This document shows, in pieces, positions 19,901 to 27,722 of a stretch of 61,812 nucleotides of DNA (position 1 is the first letter of the stretch; each line of letters starts with the position of its first letter). Made by a program: the position numbers and the translations under genes. Where the stretch lies: IMG/VR virus record IMGVR_UViG_3300045988_111035; one strand, 5' to 3'. A model generated the notes under the pieces. That model saw only the letters and a list, made by a program, of their open reading frames with translations. It ran no database searches and was not told the DNA's origin. This stretch comes from a virus.

Positions 19901-22900
19901 CAAACGTGGCATACTTGCTAGACTTATCTTTCATGTCTATGCCAAGAGCGTCTGCCATTTCTCCTATGAAAGTTTTCGGCTGAGTTGGAGAGTTTTCTAA
20001 ATTCTTGACAAGACTATCAAGATTTTTTAGTATCTTTGCACCGTCAGCACTTGAAATGGCAGTTAATGACCTTGGATTTGCTCCAAGCGAGGCGGTTTCA
20101 AGTGCTCTCTTTTTCTTGGCACTCATTCTTACACCGTTCTCCATTTCAATCACTCTCTGCCCTTCTTCCACGTCGGTAATCACGTCCATGCCGCCCTCAC
20201 GTAATTTGTCGATGACGGCATCACGCAACACCTCTTCCTGACGTGTTGGTTTCAAGGCAGAGCTGCCCTTCTGATAACGCTCATCGGACTTGCGAGAGTT
20301 GAAACGTTGAGACAAAGGAATGACATTTCCCTTGTCATCGTATGTGACGGCATCAAGTAACTTTCGGTTGTTCTTGGTGTTCTTATAGGCAAAATCGGTG
20401 TCATTGGCATAGTCCTCTTCACGACCATAGCCCCATTCAGCTATATCGTTACCATCCCACCATATTTCATCAACAGGAACTTTCTGTTCAATAATATTGA
20501 AGTTATCACCCCAACCATGAACCTTAGCATTATCAACCGCATAAGCACGACTTGGAGTAACCCAATCACCATTTCTGAAAGAACCTTCCTTAACATCAGA
20601 AGGAACACTTCTATACATGGTAATAGTCTCACTCTTCTTCTGGATAGCGTTACGCACGTTATCAATAGCCTCCTTGCGCATAGGGTCAGCTGCACGATAA
20701 TTACGAGGGTCTAATGCTATGAAATCGAGATTCATCGCATCTATACCACGATGGATATAATCACCCAAAGTTTGGTCTCCGTCATATTCATCATTATCCC
20801 ACGCCTCCTTGCGCTCTTCCTTGGTCAAGAAGTAGCCATTGCCCCAAGGTGCAGAACCATTGAAGGCAGAAGTGCCCTGATAGCTGGAATCGGTAGAATA
20901 GCCAGCAGCCTCGGCAGCTTCATTCACCATTTTCTGAGCCTTTTCCATGTCGCCACGATTAACCGCATCAAGGTAATCTGCATCAAGCTGAGCCTGTTCG
21001 TCTGATACCTTGCTGAACCTAATCCTAGGATGTTGGTTCTCGTTCTCCTTGATTACCGCCTTGATGATAGCCGCCTCGTTAGGAGAAAGGATGATTTCTC
21101 CCTTCTCGTATGCGTTCCACAACGGCACACCACTCTTGTAGTCTTCCAACAAGGTTTCTATCATGTCACGCTCCGCCGTGGTAGAGCCATAACGATTCTT
21201 GCCGATAGTCCAAACCACGTCGTGACTTTCAGCATGTTTCTTTACTCTACCCCTGTATTTCTCTGGCTCACCAGTGGCATTCCACTTCTCACCCTTGATG
21301 ATTGAAGCCGCCTTGGGCTTCACCTCGCTCTTCACCATGGCATAGTTGGCAAACGGCTTTGTCTTGCGGTCTGAGGATTGCAGCCACTTGTCGAAGGTAG
21401 CCTTAGGCACGGAAGTAACCTCACCAAGACCTTTCCATCCTGGAGAATAGTTCTGCAAGTAAGCGTTCTTGGCATCCTCCTCGGAAGGATAGCCATACAT
21501 CACCTTGTGCTCGTCAAACTCGCCAGTCTGAGGATTCACTTGGTCGATGACGAACACGTTGCCGTCGAACGTGTCAAGGTCGGCGGCATCGTTGATGAAC
21601 ATGTCGATGTGGTCGCCATCAACACCTATCTTGCCAAGGACATAGCCATACGTGTCGTGCATGGTCACGCTCCAAGGCTTGCCACTCTCGTCCTTTCCGC
21701 TTCGGGTTACGCCCTTAGGTGTCTCCACCGTGAAATCATAGCCACCAAACTTCAAGTGACCTTTCTTGTAGTTGCCAGCCTTCTTCTGCGCCTCAGTAGG
21801 CTCAGTTTCCGTCTCGGCAATGGCGTTCTTTAGACGTTCTCCGAAGGATGCTTCTTGCGGTAGATGTGAAGTTCTATCAACTGTGCCTTCGCTAGATTCC
21901 ACGCTGCCAGTCTCTGGTCGCCTTTCGCTGACTTGATTAGATGTTGTTTCAGGCGAGGACTTATCAGAAACTTCTCGTCTGCCAGCTTCTTCGCCTTGGC
22001 TACTTCCTTCAACAACTCCTCTCCGTGCAGTGTCGCTATCCAGTCCACCGCCTCCTGCATTCTCTGCTTCTGTTCTTCTGTCATCATACTCTGATAGTTC
22101 TGGTAATATTGATTTTACGTAATCTTTATATTGATTCTCACGCTCCTGCTCAAACATGATTTGGTCATATTCCATACCATAGATGTTGTTCAGTTCGCTT
22201 TCAGATGGCAAAGATACTGCTTTATCTTGAATAAACGAATCAAACGCCTCTATTTCTGCCTGTCTTTCGTTAATTTCACGGTCTTTCTGAGCCTCATAAT
22301 ACTCTTCCTCAGTAGAAAGCTCGTTTTCCGCCTGTGCGATTCGATTAATCAAGGCGACATTCATCATGTCCTTCACGCTGTCGTATGTCTTGAACATATC
22401 AAGAAGTGCATTGCGAACATCTTGGTCAGTATAACCCATATTCTCCAAGTTTGGAGGAAGGTTCTCCCAAACACGCTTTGAAATGCTGGCTACAGTCTCA
22501 CCCTCGCCTTTCTTGGCCAAAAGATAATTGAACTTGTTGGAGTCATATCCCTTGCCTATGCCATACTTGAAGCTGTCCTTTCCAAGTTCCTGCTGCAAGG
22601 ATTCCGCATTGATGCCATGAACAGGAAGACGCTCGGATATGGCTTCTTCCAATGTCTGAGGTGTCAGGTCGGTAACATCAGTTGGAGCATCCTTGTAAAT
22701 TTGGGCGATGGCATTCATATCTCCCTTTGCCAAAGCCTTCTTGACTTGCTCACGTCTTTGCTCTGATGGGGTCATGCCTAAGTTTGACATTTCCGCCGCA
22801 TCAAGTTCATCCTTATAAAGCCTATTCAACTTGCTTGCTTGCGCCTTCAATTCCTTGGCAGAGTCGGTCAAGCCTTGCTGACGTGCCTCCAACTGAGCCT

Positions 22901-25900
22901 TGGTGGTGTTTATTTCCTTGATTTGCTCTGGCTCCAGCTCTATCTCACCGTTCTTGTATTGTTCCAACACATCCTTTATCCCATCTATCTGAGGTTGAAC
23001 CTCGTTGGATTGCAAGTCGTAGATACGCTTTCGCTCAGAGGCAATATGGTTGCTAGCCTCATCCAAAGTAGGATATTGCTTCTTCAATTCGTCATTTGAC
23101 AAAACAGAGACCTCACGCTCATCGGAAGGAGCGATGGCACTTTCATCCACACCAACGTCCTTGATTGTCTTGGTGCGCTCATCCTTCATCGCCCTGATTT
23201 CATCGGGAGTCATCACGGAATTGCGGATAGTGTTCCAATTTTTGTAGCGAGTGGAAAGGTCATCCATCTGCTCTTTCACAAGGTTCAGCTCGTCTGTCAC
23301 CTTCTGAGCCTTCGATGGGTCTAGGTCGGCATTGGTGTCAAGCCAGTCCTCGTACTCGGCTGCTTGCTTTCTCTTGTTGTCAAGTTGCTCCTTGATGTCG
23401 GCACGACTACCATTGATAAGGCTCAACAGTTTCCCATGATCCTCGCCATACTCGTCCTGCAAGTACTCAGCCACCACCTTAGGGTCTGACTCCTTGGATG
23501 AATAGTCCATCTTGCCGTCCTCATATCCCACGATTCCATCAGCGAAACGTTGTTTCTTCTCGGTCTCAGCCTTGGCAACGGCATCGTTCTCACGCTGCAC
23601 CTCCTCTGCGTCAAGTTCGGCATTGATGGACGCTTGCATGGCGTTGTTGCGCATTTGTGCGAACTCCTCCTTTGTGAGTGCTATTTGGTCTTTGCCATCG
23701 GAAAGCACAATACGCCCATCTTGGGTATATCCTGCAAACGACATGGAAATAGAGTCAGTTCCTGACTCCATGGCTATCTCCACGGTTTGCCCTGGTTGCA
23801 AGTTGCTTCCGTCAAACATGGAAGTGAACTTCTGGACAGTTGCAGCATGATTCTGCTCCGCCAGTTGGTTCACATAGTCTTGGAAAGGAATTGGGTTGCC
23901 TATTTCCTTGATTTCAGATGTATGTATCTGCCTAATCGTAGGTTGACCATTCTCGTCGGTGGTGGTTACGAAAGTGCCTCCATACTCGTTAGCCTTCTTC
24001 AAGAATGCCGTCGTACCATCCAAAAGGGTAACAGGAACAATGTTTCCGTCTTCGGTGGCGTATGGCCAAAGCTGCTCTGTCATAGCCTCGGCATAGCCAT
24101 CATCGGCGTGGTCAATACCATAGAGCACACCTTGCTTGGCTTGATGTGCGTCGGCATACTTGCGTATGGCATCACGCTGCACCTCATTGAGCATGTTGGC
24201 TTTCTGGGCGATAAACTGCTCCATGTCCTTACCTTCATCAATAGCATTGTATATCGTCTGTAGCAAGGTCTCGTTCCCCTTGAAGGCACGCTGCAACCTA
24301 GCCTCAGCCACATCGTCGGCATGGTATATTGCCGTCAAGGTCTCGCTATCTACATTGGCAACCGCATCCTGACCACGCTTGTACGCATCACTGACGGAAG
24401 GAGTTTCACCACCTACTGATGAAGAAGGTGGGGTTGGAGGTGTTGGCGGAGTCGTTGTAGGCTCTGTAGGAGGAACACCACTTGCTACCTCTTGGCTATT
24501 TTCGGCTATATTGCGGACATTTTCGGCTATTTTTTGACCGTTTTCTTCCACTGGAGTTGTTTGAGGTGTCGTTTCTGTTGGATTTTCTCCTTCTGCTGTA
24601 ACACCGCTTTTCCCGATTTGCTTCTGCCCTTCGCTATGAGACTGGCGGTAAAGGTCATCCACCGTCTGTTTCATTTCACGTTTCAGTACGATGTCGTTAT
24701 AGAGCTGCTTCTGGTATGCCTCAACAAGTTTCTGCTGCTTCTCGGTGCGTTTCTTGCCATCACCTTCCAAAGCCTCACGAAGTGTCCCATGTGGCACGCC
24801 TTGCGAATCCTCGAAGGTGCGCACATAGTCACGCATGATGCTGCTATTCTCGAAGGCACTGTCATAGAAGTGGCGATAGCCATTCAGAAGTTGTTGCTCC
24901 TGCTCGGTCAACTCCATACCACTCTGCTGCTTTTGCATGATGTCACCTATTGCATTGGCATTCTGGTGCAAGTAGATGGCTGCTTTGTCCTCGTCGGTCA
25001 AACCTTCGCCCATACCATATTTCTCCCTTGCCTTGGCATAGACATCATCCAAGTGCTCCTGCAAGGCATCGGTATGGTAGGCGTTTTCGTAAGCGGAAGT
25101 GAGATTGAGAGACTTTTCGTAGTCAAGGCTTTTCTCAGCCTTCTTGGCTTCATCGTATGAGGAGAATGATTTGCGGTCGATAATTCCACCGTCCTTGTTC
25201 AACGTCTCCAGATACACCTTGCCGTCCATCGGTTGCACGATGATGCTGTCTATGACTGGCGAGAAGGACTGAGGACGCTTGCCCTCGACCACCGCCATCA
25301 TCTTTGCCTTCAACACCTCAGGAACGGATTTGTCGCTCATCAAGTCCATGTACTTCTTAGTGAGTTGTCCCATCAATTCAGCATCACCATTGATACTGTT
25401 GCCGTTGATGCCCAAATCCTCGAAGGCGGTGCGTAGGTCATCGTAGCCGAATCGTCTCAACTGGGCTAAGTCCTCATCGTTGAAGTCATATTTGCGGTTG
25501 AACTCCCTCGCATCCTTGAAATGTGCGTACTTGCCCATCATGCCAGGAAGACCGATTGCCGTGAGGTTTGCCATGCTTTCCAAGAAACTCTCGGCGGCAT
25601 CCTTGCCTGTTGGCTTGAAATTAGGGTCTTGCGCCATGTGCTCAATCAACGCCTGACCTGTCATGATGCTGGAGTCAACGGCTTTCCCACCCACGTCTGC
25701 GAGAATGTTGGCTGCAAGACCTCTTCCCTTGCCTATCATGTTGGCAAGAGTGCCACCTGGCATGATAGTGCCAAGTGCAGCTCCCTTGGTCACCTCTCCT
25801 ATTGTTTTGGCGAGAACCTTTTCAACCGATGTATGGTATGGCTTTCCGTTCTCGTCAAACTGACCGTCACGGTAAACCTCATTGATAGGCGTGGAAATGG

Positions 25901-27698
25901 CAGACTGACCACCAAACGTTACCGCTCCATGGGCTGCCCCAGTCTTCAACGCCGTGGTCTTGCTTCTTCCGACGAGCATCTTGGCGGCACGCTCAGCCAT
26001 CTTGCGCTCCATGCCCTTTGCCATCAAGTCACCTGCAAGCTTGCCCTCAGCCTTGGCAATCATACTCTTGGTAATCTTGCCTCCTGCCGCACCTGGTAGC
26101 CAATAACTCCAAGCGTCACCTGCGAAGGTAAGAGCACCGCTAGCCACGTTCTCCCAAAATCCAGGCTGATACTGTTGGTTGGCCATGTCCTCCAACCAAT
26201 TCTGATAATCGGTCTGCATCAGTTTGCGTGACACCTTGCCAACGATAGTATTGCCCAAGCCAGTCTTCATGATGTACTCGAAACTGTTATGAGGAATGAG
26301 CTTCTTCATTTCCAAACGGTCAAGTTCTCCCTTGATAGAGGCGTTGAGCATAGGTTTCACGTATGTCTTGACAAAATCATCTATCTTGTCATAACTATAG
26401 CCACGTTTGTCCATCACCTTGACCAACGCCAAGGTGAAATCAGGGTCATCCACGATACCGCTCAACTGCTTGGTAAGCAAGTTGAGAACCTTCTGAGGGT
26501 CACGCATCTTGTTGTACTCACCCATAGCCGTTGCAGTCTGAGGTGAAGCCGCATCTACAGAATAGAATCCACTATAGGTGTCGTTGTACTTCTGTAAATA
26601 GCTGTTTGCCTCTGCCTCAGCCTTATTGATGGCATCAGCTACTGGTTGCTTGATGAATTGGTTGATGATGGACGCTGCATCATTGTAGTTGTCATTTTGC
26701 TCTAGCTGGCTATCCACATCACCCTCATGAGCATAAAGGCGTGTGGCAACGTCCTCGGCTATCTTTCGGTAGTTGCTGCCATACTTCTCCACAAGGCTCT
26801 CCACCATGGCTGGCTTCACGAAGTGGGCAATGTAGTCATCATAGCTGATACCCATGCGTGTAGCCTCGTCCTTCAAGTTGTCCTGCACGTCGTGGCTATA
26901 CCACTGGGAGTTTATGACATCACCCACATTGCCCGAATTGTCGGCGTTCAATGAGGAGACAAACTGATTGGTGGTCTGCTTCGCCAAGATGTCAGCCGTG
27001 CCAAACAAACCTTGCTTAGCCATTTCGATGGCTTCTTCTGGCGTTTTCGCCCTGCCATCAGCCAACAAGTCGGATGCGGTCTGCTGCAAGGCATCCACGT
27101 CACCGCCTTGGCTGAGATAGTTGCCATACTTGGCTACGATGTCGTTGGACGTATCGTTTGTCACCACGTCTGGCTTCACTTGTTGTGTTGGTGTCGCAAC
27201 CTCTTCCTGCTGATTTCCTTCCACAACCGACTGAGGAATGGAAGGAGAAGGTTGTAATGTTCCGTTGCTGGTCTGCACGCCCTTCGGAATCATTCCCATG
27301 GCTTGCGAAATGAGACCGATCTTTCCCTCCTCTGAGGATGGTTGCTCCACTTGATTGGTGGCAACAGGTGCGTTAACTGGCTTCTGTTGCACCGTTTGCT
27401 GTTGGGTTGGCAGTGTCTGAGGTTGCTGACCGCTAGCCACTGGTTGCCCACTCGTTGGAACGGAAGTAGAAGAAGGAGCTGCTTGCGAGGTGGAACTGGA
27501 AGGAGTAGGCTCCAACACCATATTGTCGAAGTCCTGCGAACTTCCCACATCGTAACCCATGCTCTTGGCTTCGTTATAGTACCAGTCACGGTCTTCCTTG
27601 TTATTCAAGTCTTTCTTGAAGTCATCATAGCTGCCTACTTGGTAGCCGTTCTTTTTGAACTCCTCATAGAAATACTTTCTGTCTTGCTCGTCATACAT
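10908..27698 (-). CDS. Giant polyvalent-type virion/ejection protein (5,596 aa)
   Basis: A single uninterrupted 16.8-kb ORF. It has a Gly-rich hydrophobic N-terminal region, an inorganic-pyrophosphatase-like segment, an R-S-E ART-like segment, two HExxH zincin motifs and a C-terminal hydrophobic/coiled-coil region. All other ORFs in this span are antisense or off-frame. Confidence 0.85.
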   Translation of the reverse strand: MYDEQDRKYFYEEFKKNGYQVGSYDDFKKDLNNKEDRDWYYNEAKSMGYDVGSSQDFDNMVLEPTPSSSTSQAAPSSTSVPTSGQPVASGQQPQTLPTQQQTVQQKPVNAPVATNQVEQPSSEEGKIGLISQAMGMIPKGVQTSNGTLQPSPSIPQSVVEGNQQEEVATPTQQVKPDVVTNDTSNDIVAKYGNYLSQGGDVDALQQTASDLLADGRAKTPEEAIEMAKQGLFGTADILAKQTTNQFVSSLNADNSGNVGDVINSQWYSHDVQDNLKDEATRMGISYDDYIAHFVKPAMVESLVEKYGSNYRKIAEDVATRLYAHEGDVDSQLEQNDNYNDAASIINQFIKQPVADAINKAEAEANSYLQKYNDTYSGFYSVDAASPQTATAMGEYNKMRDPQKVLNLLTKQLSGIVDDPDFTLALVKVMDKRGYSYDKIDDFVKTYVKPMLNASIKGELDRLEMKKLIPHNSFEYIMKTGLGNTIVGKVSRKLMQTDYQNWLEDMANQQYQPGFWENVASGALTFAGDAWSYWLPGAAGGKITKSMIAKAEGKLAGDLMAKGMERKMAERAAKMLVGRSKTTALKTGAAHGAVTFGGQSAISTPINEVYRDGQFDENGKPYHTSVEKVLAKTIGEVTKGAALGTIMPGGTLANMIGKGRGLAANILADVGGKAVDSSIMTGQALIEHMAQDPNFKPTGKDAAESFLESMANLTAIGLPGMMGKYAHFKDAREFNRKYDFNDEDLAQLRRFGYDDLRTAFEDLGINGNSINGDAELMGQLTKKYMDLMSDKSVPEVLKAKMMAVVEGKRPQSFSPVIDSIIVQPMDGKVYLETLNKDGGIIDRKSFSSYDEAKKAEKSLDYEKSLNLTSAYENAYHTDALQEHLDDVYAKAREKYGMGEGLTDEDKAAIYLHQNANAIGDIMQKQQSGMELTEQEQQLLNGYRHFYDSAFENSSIMRDYVRTFEDSQGVPHGTLREALEGDGKKRTEKQQKLVEAYQKQLYNDIVLKREMKQTVDDLYRQSHSEGQKQIGKSGVTAEGENPTETTPQTTPVEENGQKIAENVRNIAENSQEVASGVPPTEPTTTPPTPPTPPSSSVGGETPSVSDAYKRGQDAVANVDSETLTAIYHADDVAEARLQRAFKGNETLLQTIYNAIDEGKDMEQFIAQKANMLNEVQRDAIRKYADAHQAKQGVLYGIDHADDGYAEAMTEQLWPYATEDGNIVPVTLLDGTTAFLKKANEYGGTFVTTTDENGQPTIRQIHTSEIKEIGNPIPFQDYVNQLAEQNHAATVQKFTSMFDGSNLQPGQTVEIAMESGTDSISMSFAGYTQDGRIVLSDGKDQIALTKEEFAQMRNNAMQASINAELDAEEVQRENDAVAKAETEKKQRFADGIVGYEDGKMDYSSKESDPKVVAEYLQDEYGEDHGKLLSLINGSRADIKEQLDNKRKQAAEYEDWLDTNADLDPSKAQKVTDELNLVKEQMDDLSTRYKNWNTIRNSVMTPDEIRAMKDERTKTIKDVGVDESAIAPSDEREVSVLSNDELKKQYPTLDEASNHIASERKRIYDLQSNEVQPQIDGIKDVLEQYKNGEIELEPEQIKEINTTKAQLEARQQGLTDSAKELKAQASKLNRLYKDELDAAEMSNLGMTPSEQRREQVKKALAKGDMNAIAQIYKDAPTDVTDLTPQTLEEAISERLPVHGINAESLQQELGKDSFKYGIGKGYDSNKFNYLLAKKGEGETVASISKRVWENLPPNLENMGYTDQDVRNALLDMFKTYDSVKDMMNVALINRIAQAENELSTEEEYYEAQKDREINERQAEIEAFDSFIQDKAVSLPSESELNNIYGMEYDQIMFEQERENQYKDYVKSILPELSEYDDRRTEAENAGGGGLDSDTARRGVVEGSSQGEEAGRREVSDKSSPETTSNQVSERRPETGSVESSEGTVDRTSHLPQEASFGERLKNAIAETETEPTEAQKKAGNYKKGHLKFGGYDFTVETPKGVTRSGKDESGKPWSVTMHDTYGYVLGKIGVDGDHIDMFINDAADLDTFDGNVFVIDQVNPQTGEFDEHKVMYGYPSEEDAKNAYLQNYSPGWKGLGEVTSVPKATFDKWLQSSDRKTKPFANYAMVKSEVKPKAASIIKGEKWNATGEPEKYRGRVKKHAESHDVVWTIGKNRYGSTTAERDMIETLLEDYKSGVPLWNAYEKGEIILSPNEAAIIKAVIKENENQHPRIRFSKVSDEQAQLDADYLDAVNRGDMEKAQKMVNEAAEAAGYSTDSSYQGTSAFNGSAPWGNGYFLTKEERKEAWDNDEYDGDQTLGDYIHRGIDAMNLDFIALDPRNYRAADPMRKEAIDNVRNAIQKKSETITMYRSVPSDVKEGSFRNGDWVTPSRAYAVDNAKVHGWGDNFNIIEQKVPVDEIWWDGNDIAEWGYGREEDYANDTDFAYKNTKNNRKLLDAVTYDDKGNVIPLSQRFNSRKSDERYQKGSSALKPTRQEEVLRDAVIDKLREGGMDVITDVEEGQRVIEMENGVRMSAKKKRALETASLGANPRSLTAISSADGAKILKNLDSLVKNLENSPTQPKTFIGEMADALGIDMKDKSSKYATFECKNGNVVTVRVSDHNATVSNLDTNGQSDAISVVVTNKDNKGITNDGDAHIVEFYYNAIKLRKAEGKPLADIANSIKQALYSGEFKDTTGLAEKQEVNANYIREQRVYHGSGAEEGDTNYVIFKPEDMQIKNHVKFFRTPNGEAYGYTVDGKIYIDPRIANSETPIHEYAHLWAEAVRSGNSKEWENIVNLMKGLKPVWDKVRREYPHLETDSDIADEVLAQYSGKRGAERIREEYDAILDGDGSVTEKAKALYALQRLKKVLAKFWKKVADFLHIHFTTAEEVADRVMKDLLDGIDPREAAKAAKASRDADKTMFGMHNISLDKLRKAIKQGGFAAPSMGVIDSKNGIYSGFGEITLIPKAEKIAKRTGKNIGTYAADAWTPIYPPVEKKFGGNGSDVAYIDIESVPKEMQSLTRNAINSFMDGRDTNSLAYLYLHEKGKAPELVHVEGKYPKELHDEVKGILGKLDSIYSTTDEQKEKLLDLFIREVYDGNREEFDNDIKNFIKKDEEFIKKRPNSNIAKNKQLDVDWMKEHGYDYGALSRFVDGILRDAETSGKVDENATMKAAQQYIQDNSMKEDFDSWKEKLNDRYNVEEVIFAGYKPDGNRKYLPNTVENAVKVMKQDGKNASVGSASFSHFVASILKPMGTLDQIRKKKGNLTDNYEDVEKFQEKWQPVYDELADKMQPDAGPFESYGMDRLEEAATQKNPKKYAKDEYGVDLTDEDIDKLNELIDAVKNEKPSIYFETKFMRPYGLDEFEKAIVPKDTPKDVVDALKKAGIDVHTYDGKEEREKVTMDAINNSEGIRFMFAGEKGAAEADKAEEQTIRMDNLQVAKAMENNALTPKVIKFATGWERGADGKWRYEIPDFKSEKPITVDKDINIVHVGPYAPYNEPLCKLSDLIDDKGLFDAYPSLKNVDVQMVGKTDLQGMYDNLHNNIALRTDMFTVEKKYSKPSNFKDIEVAKKKFMDACASFPDDTKSWADDAIDQFGGYTEDELKADELFNKIEKDMPKVAKVVRLLNAIPLEKGVKFLGTQISLNDYGKKVLAHEVQHAIQYIEGFAKGGNSNDVRKRIQKIIDENSEYADYALQKMKTWVDFKKTALNLGKFKGLINSDNPFIKDKAIEYYWDAMNLLDGEENSKLVNDYDQLSDLNAKQIAETGYHVDEAINELNRLADEVWNSIPKGNKDALGINNKLKDALKNLSDDELYYNLAGEVEARNVMSRMGMTDEERRNSLASDTEDVDRGDQIVMDGGGASYSVVTDPKTIKKLDNEDTVKVYRAMQLGDDGKLYPPMAAKVKGKFVQPIELGKWEQADERPELADDKGMFTLNKGNGKSLKAAYNPYLHTSRTPLNDQFSEAQNRPNIVTVEVEVPKSELTSGYKADKAKDAVGEVEWKAGIIQGQLTGKRKLILSRWDKPVRIVPDSEVADVIVNDMFKDKKVIMPSNVVTPSLRKELEKLGVPFVETDNKGVLLEGEHAGTHYSKVYGKKAKKTKARLGDGMRNNGSVIGKDTLDVVKNVANTLGGAEANVYASVESVPEEYRADVERGAKGWYDPSNHTVHVYLPNCEDANDAQRTVFHEKVGHEGMEVLLGGEQGVRDFANFVYKSVDGDTRGKILDFANKYDPEWKNADRLNEATQEYIAHLAEDGPKTAKDFTLWTKMKHYLIKALKKLGIRVPGLLNDKDLRYYLMKAGKALHVWDNMSKDKQDAIMRQATGDDIKNALSDKGSGKPRMKKGESPIQYMKRVREWQRWKDAREDTNDPEPPQFYDIDKDVEGKKEWEQLNKDWRDRHGLVGDDMPSLPKREEGESDESFFPRYKEYEKWQNAINDKEDPMPDMFAWEKQKQVEATQRYEDWLTRHELNEQETADLDLYEGKVYPAETSPEAADLDKRVMDAMAEVTSTDVSKEGAARTVKHAVIHRRKNMEEASADDAIYINDIKRRIEGMAGSGVFDKLYSEYKGKSSKADALAEAIPYIIEAPRRIRDLAFDLNSTGVFAKGHIHITPKDVRDIQPYIDDFEELIGRFHYKTVKKGGEEKLVPEYDDVHAVSEQASKIANAINENHKLDVGFVPLDGTDILTDQVKPLIAHTRIVPKGIEYENLSEEMKSTLDAIHDWYNYTYDWLKDNHTLREDTGFTADYVNHIWDKEKSNPEAYKMYVENRQRTKSPNEKPRTISTLMEGINLGLVPKTTDITKMMAYYSRSNIEAWANKTMLQEVSGLNVVERDENGDIISSDPILSSVAPFNLEQYKYFEVPGIGPVWVYNVSPKQVKVKNPITGKEYVLYSEKSAADRFGVVFDTYESSPFWRAFDTAASSAKKIELGFSGFHAGALTEVYMVQNLIEFGPKKAMANFMKYIFIDTMRTHQLPCFANPEDFQEAASHLVKFGATNDYAAADVQNMFDNWRGFAQKLQQKLGERGKIGTAVGAATIPFEVATQMVSMLNKGMDVALWDFLHDGLKLATYRMRADRTKERAKKYGWTGEQLSKALDEDGQFVNDMFGGQHWDVLGASHRTLKIAGRCLLSPDWNASTTRHFLALTGFGSIWNEATLDSFKNYYNHVWAAARKKEALPPEYFGRKQRQVSALICYLIGFGFYEAFANGINTAFRAMDEEKENEKAKEIRKTNPSYKSPYELAYPDGMKWYDYLMRGNTAGQQSKIFAGRYADGTEMYVRHGKQFREVPEYLFNSKGELEFPGPMVQRMLGKANPMARMVLDDINYLSDFQASHADQEIQRKYGKTIGLLYKDALYWAPFLIPSQENKEFKAVDFFFPSSKGFSNWKAQDYFKNFILSGDMEGVFLTYQSCQRNGLDAEKQLQAAISSIKALESKEMQDGVTSLQIATQRFDEAKSVTEKRKMREKMRKFLSQSEYKAFTWQEAKDMVDAYQQGEDIKDLTKADDKYLMVADSKDVTEDWRIQSVKSSTKQYADRLAELRESDPGKAQSFRETYARIFKARQAISRATSKMNRLKKKLGGKEDKELLRQIRSTRQQLLKDLNGMEHVRKLE

Positions 27699-27722
27699 AG
27701 CTTGAATATCTTTTTGTTATAC

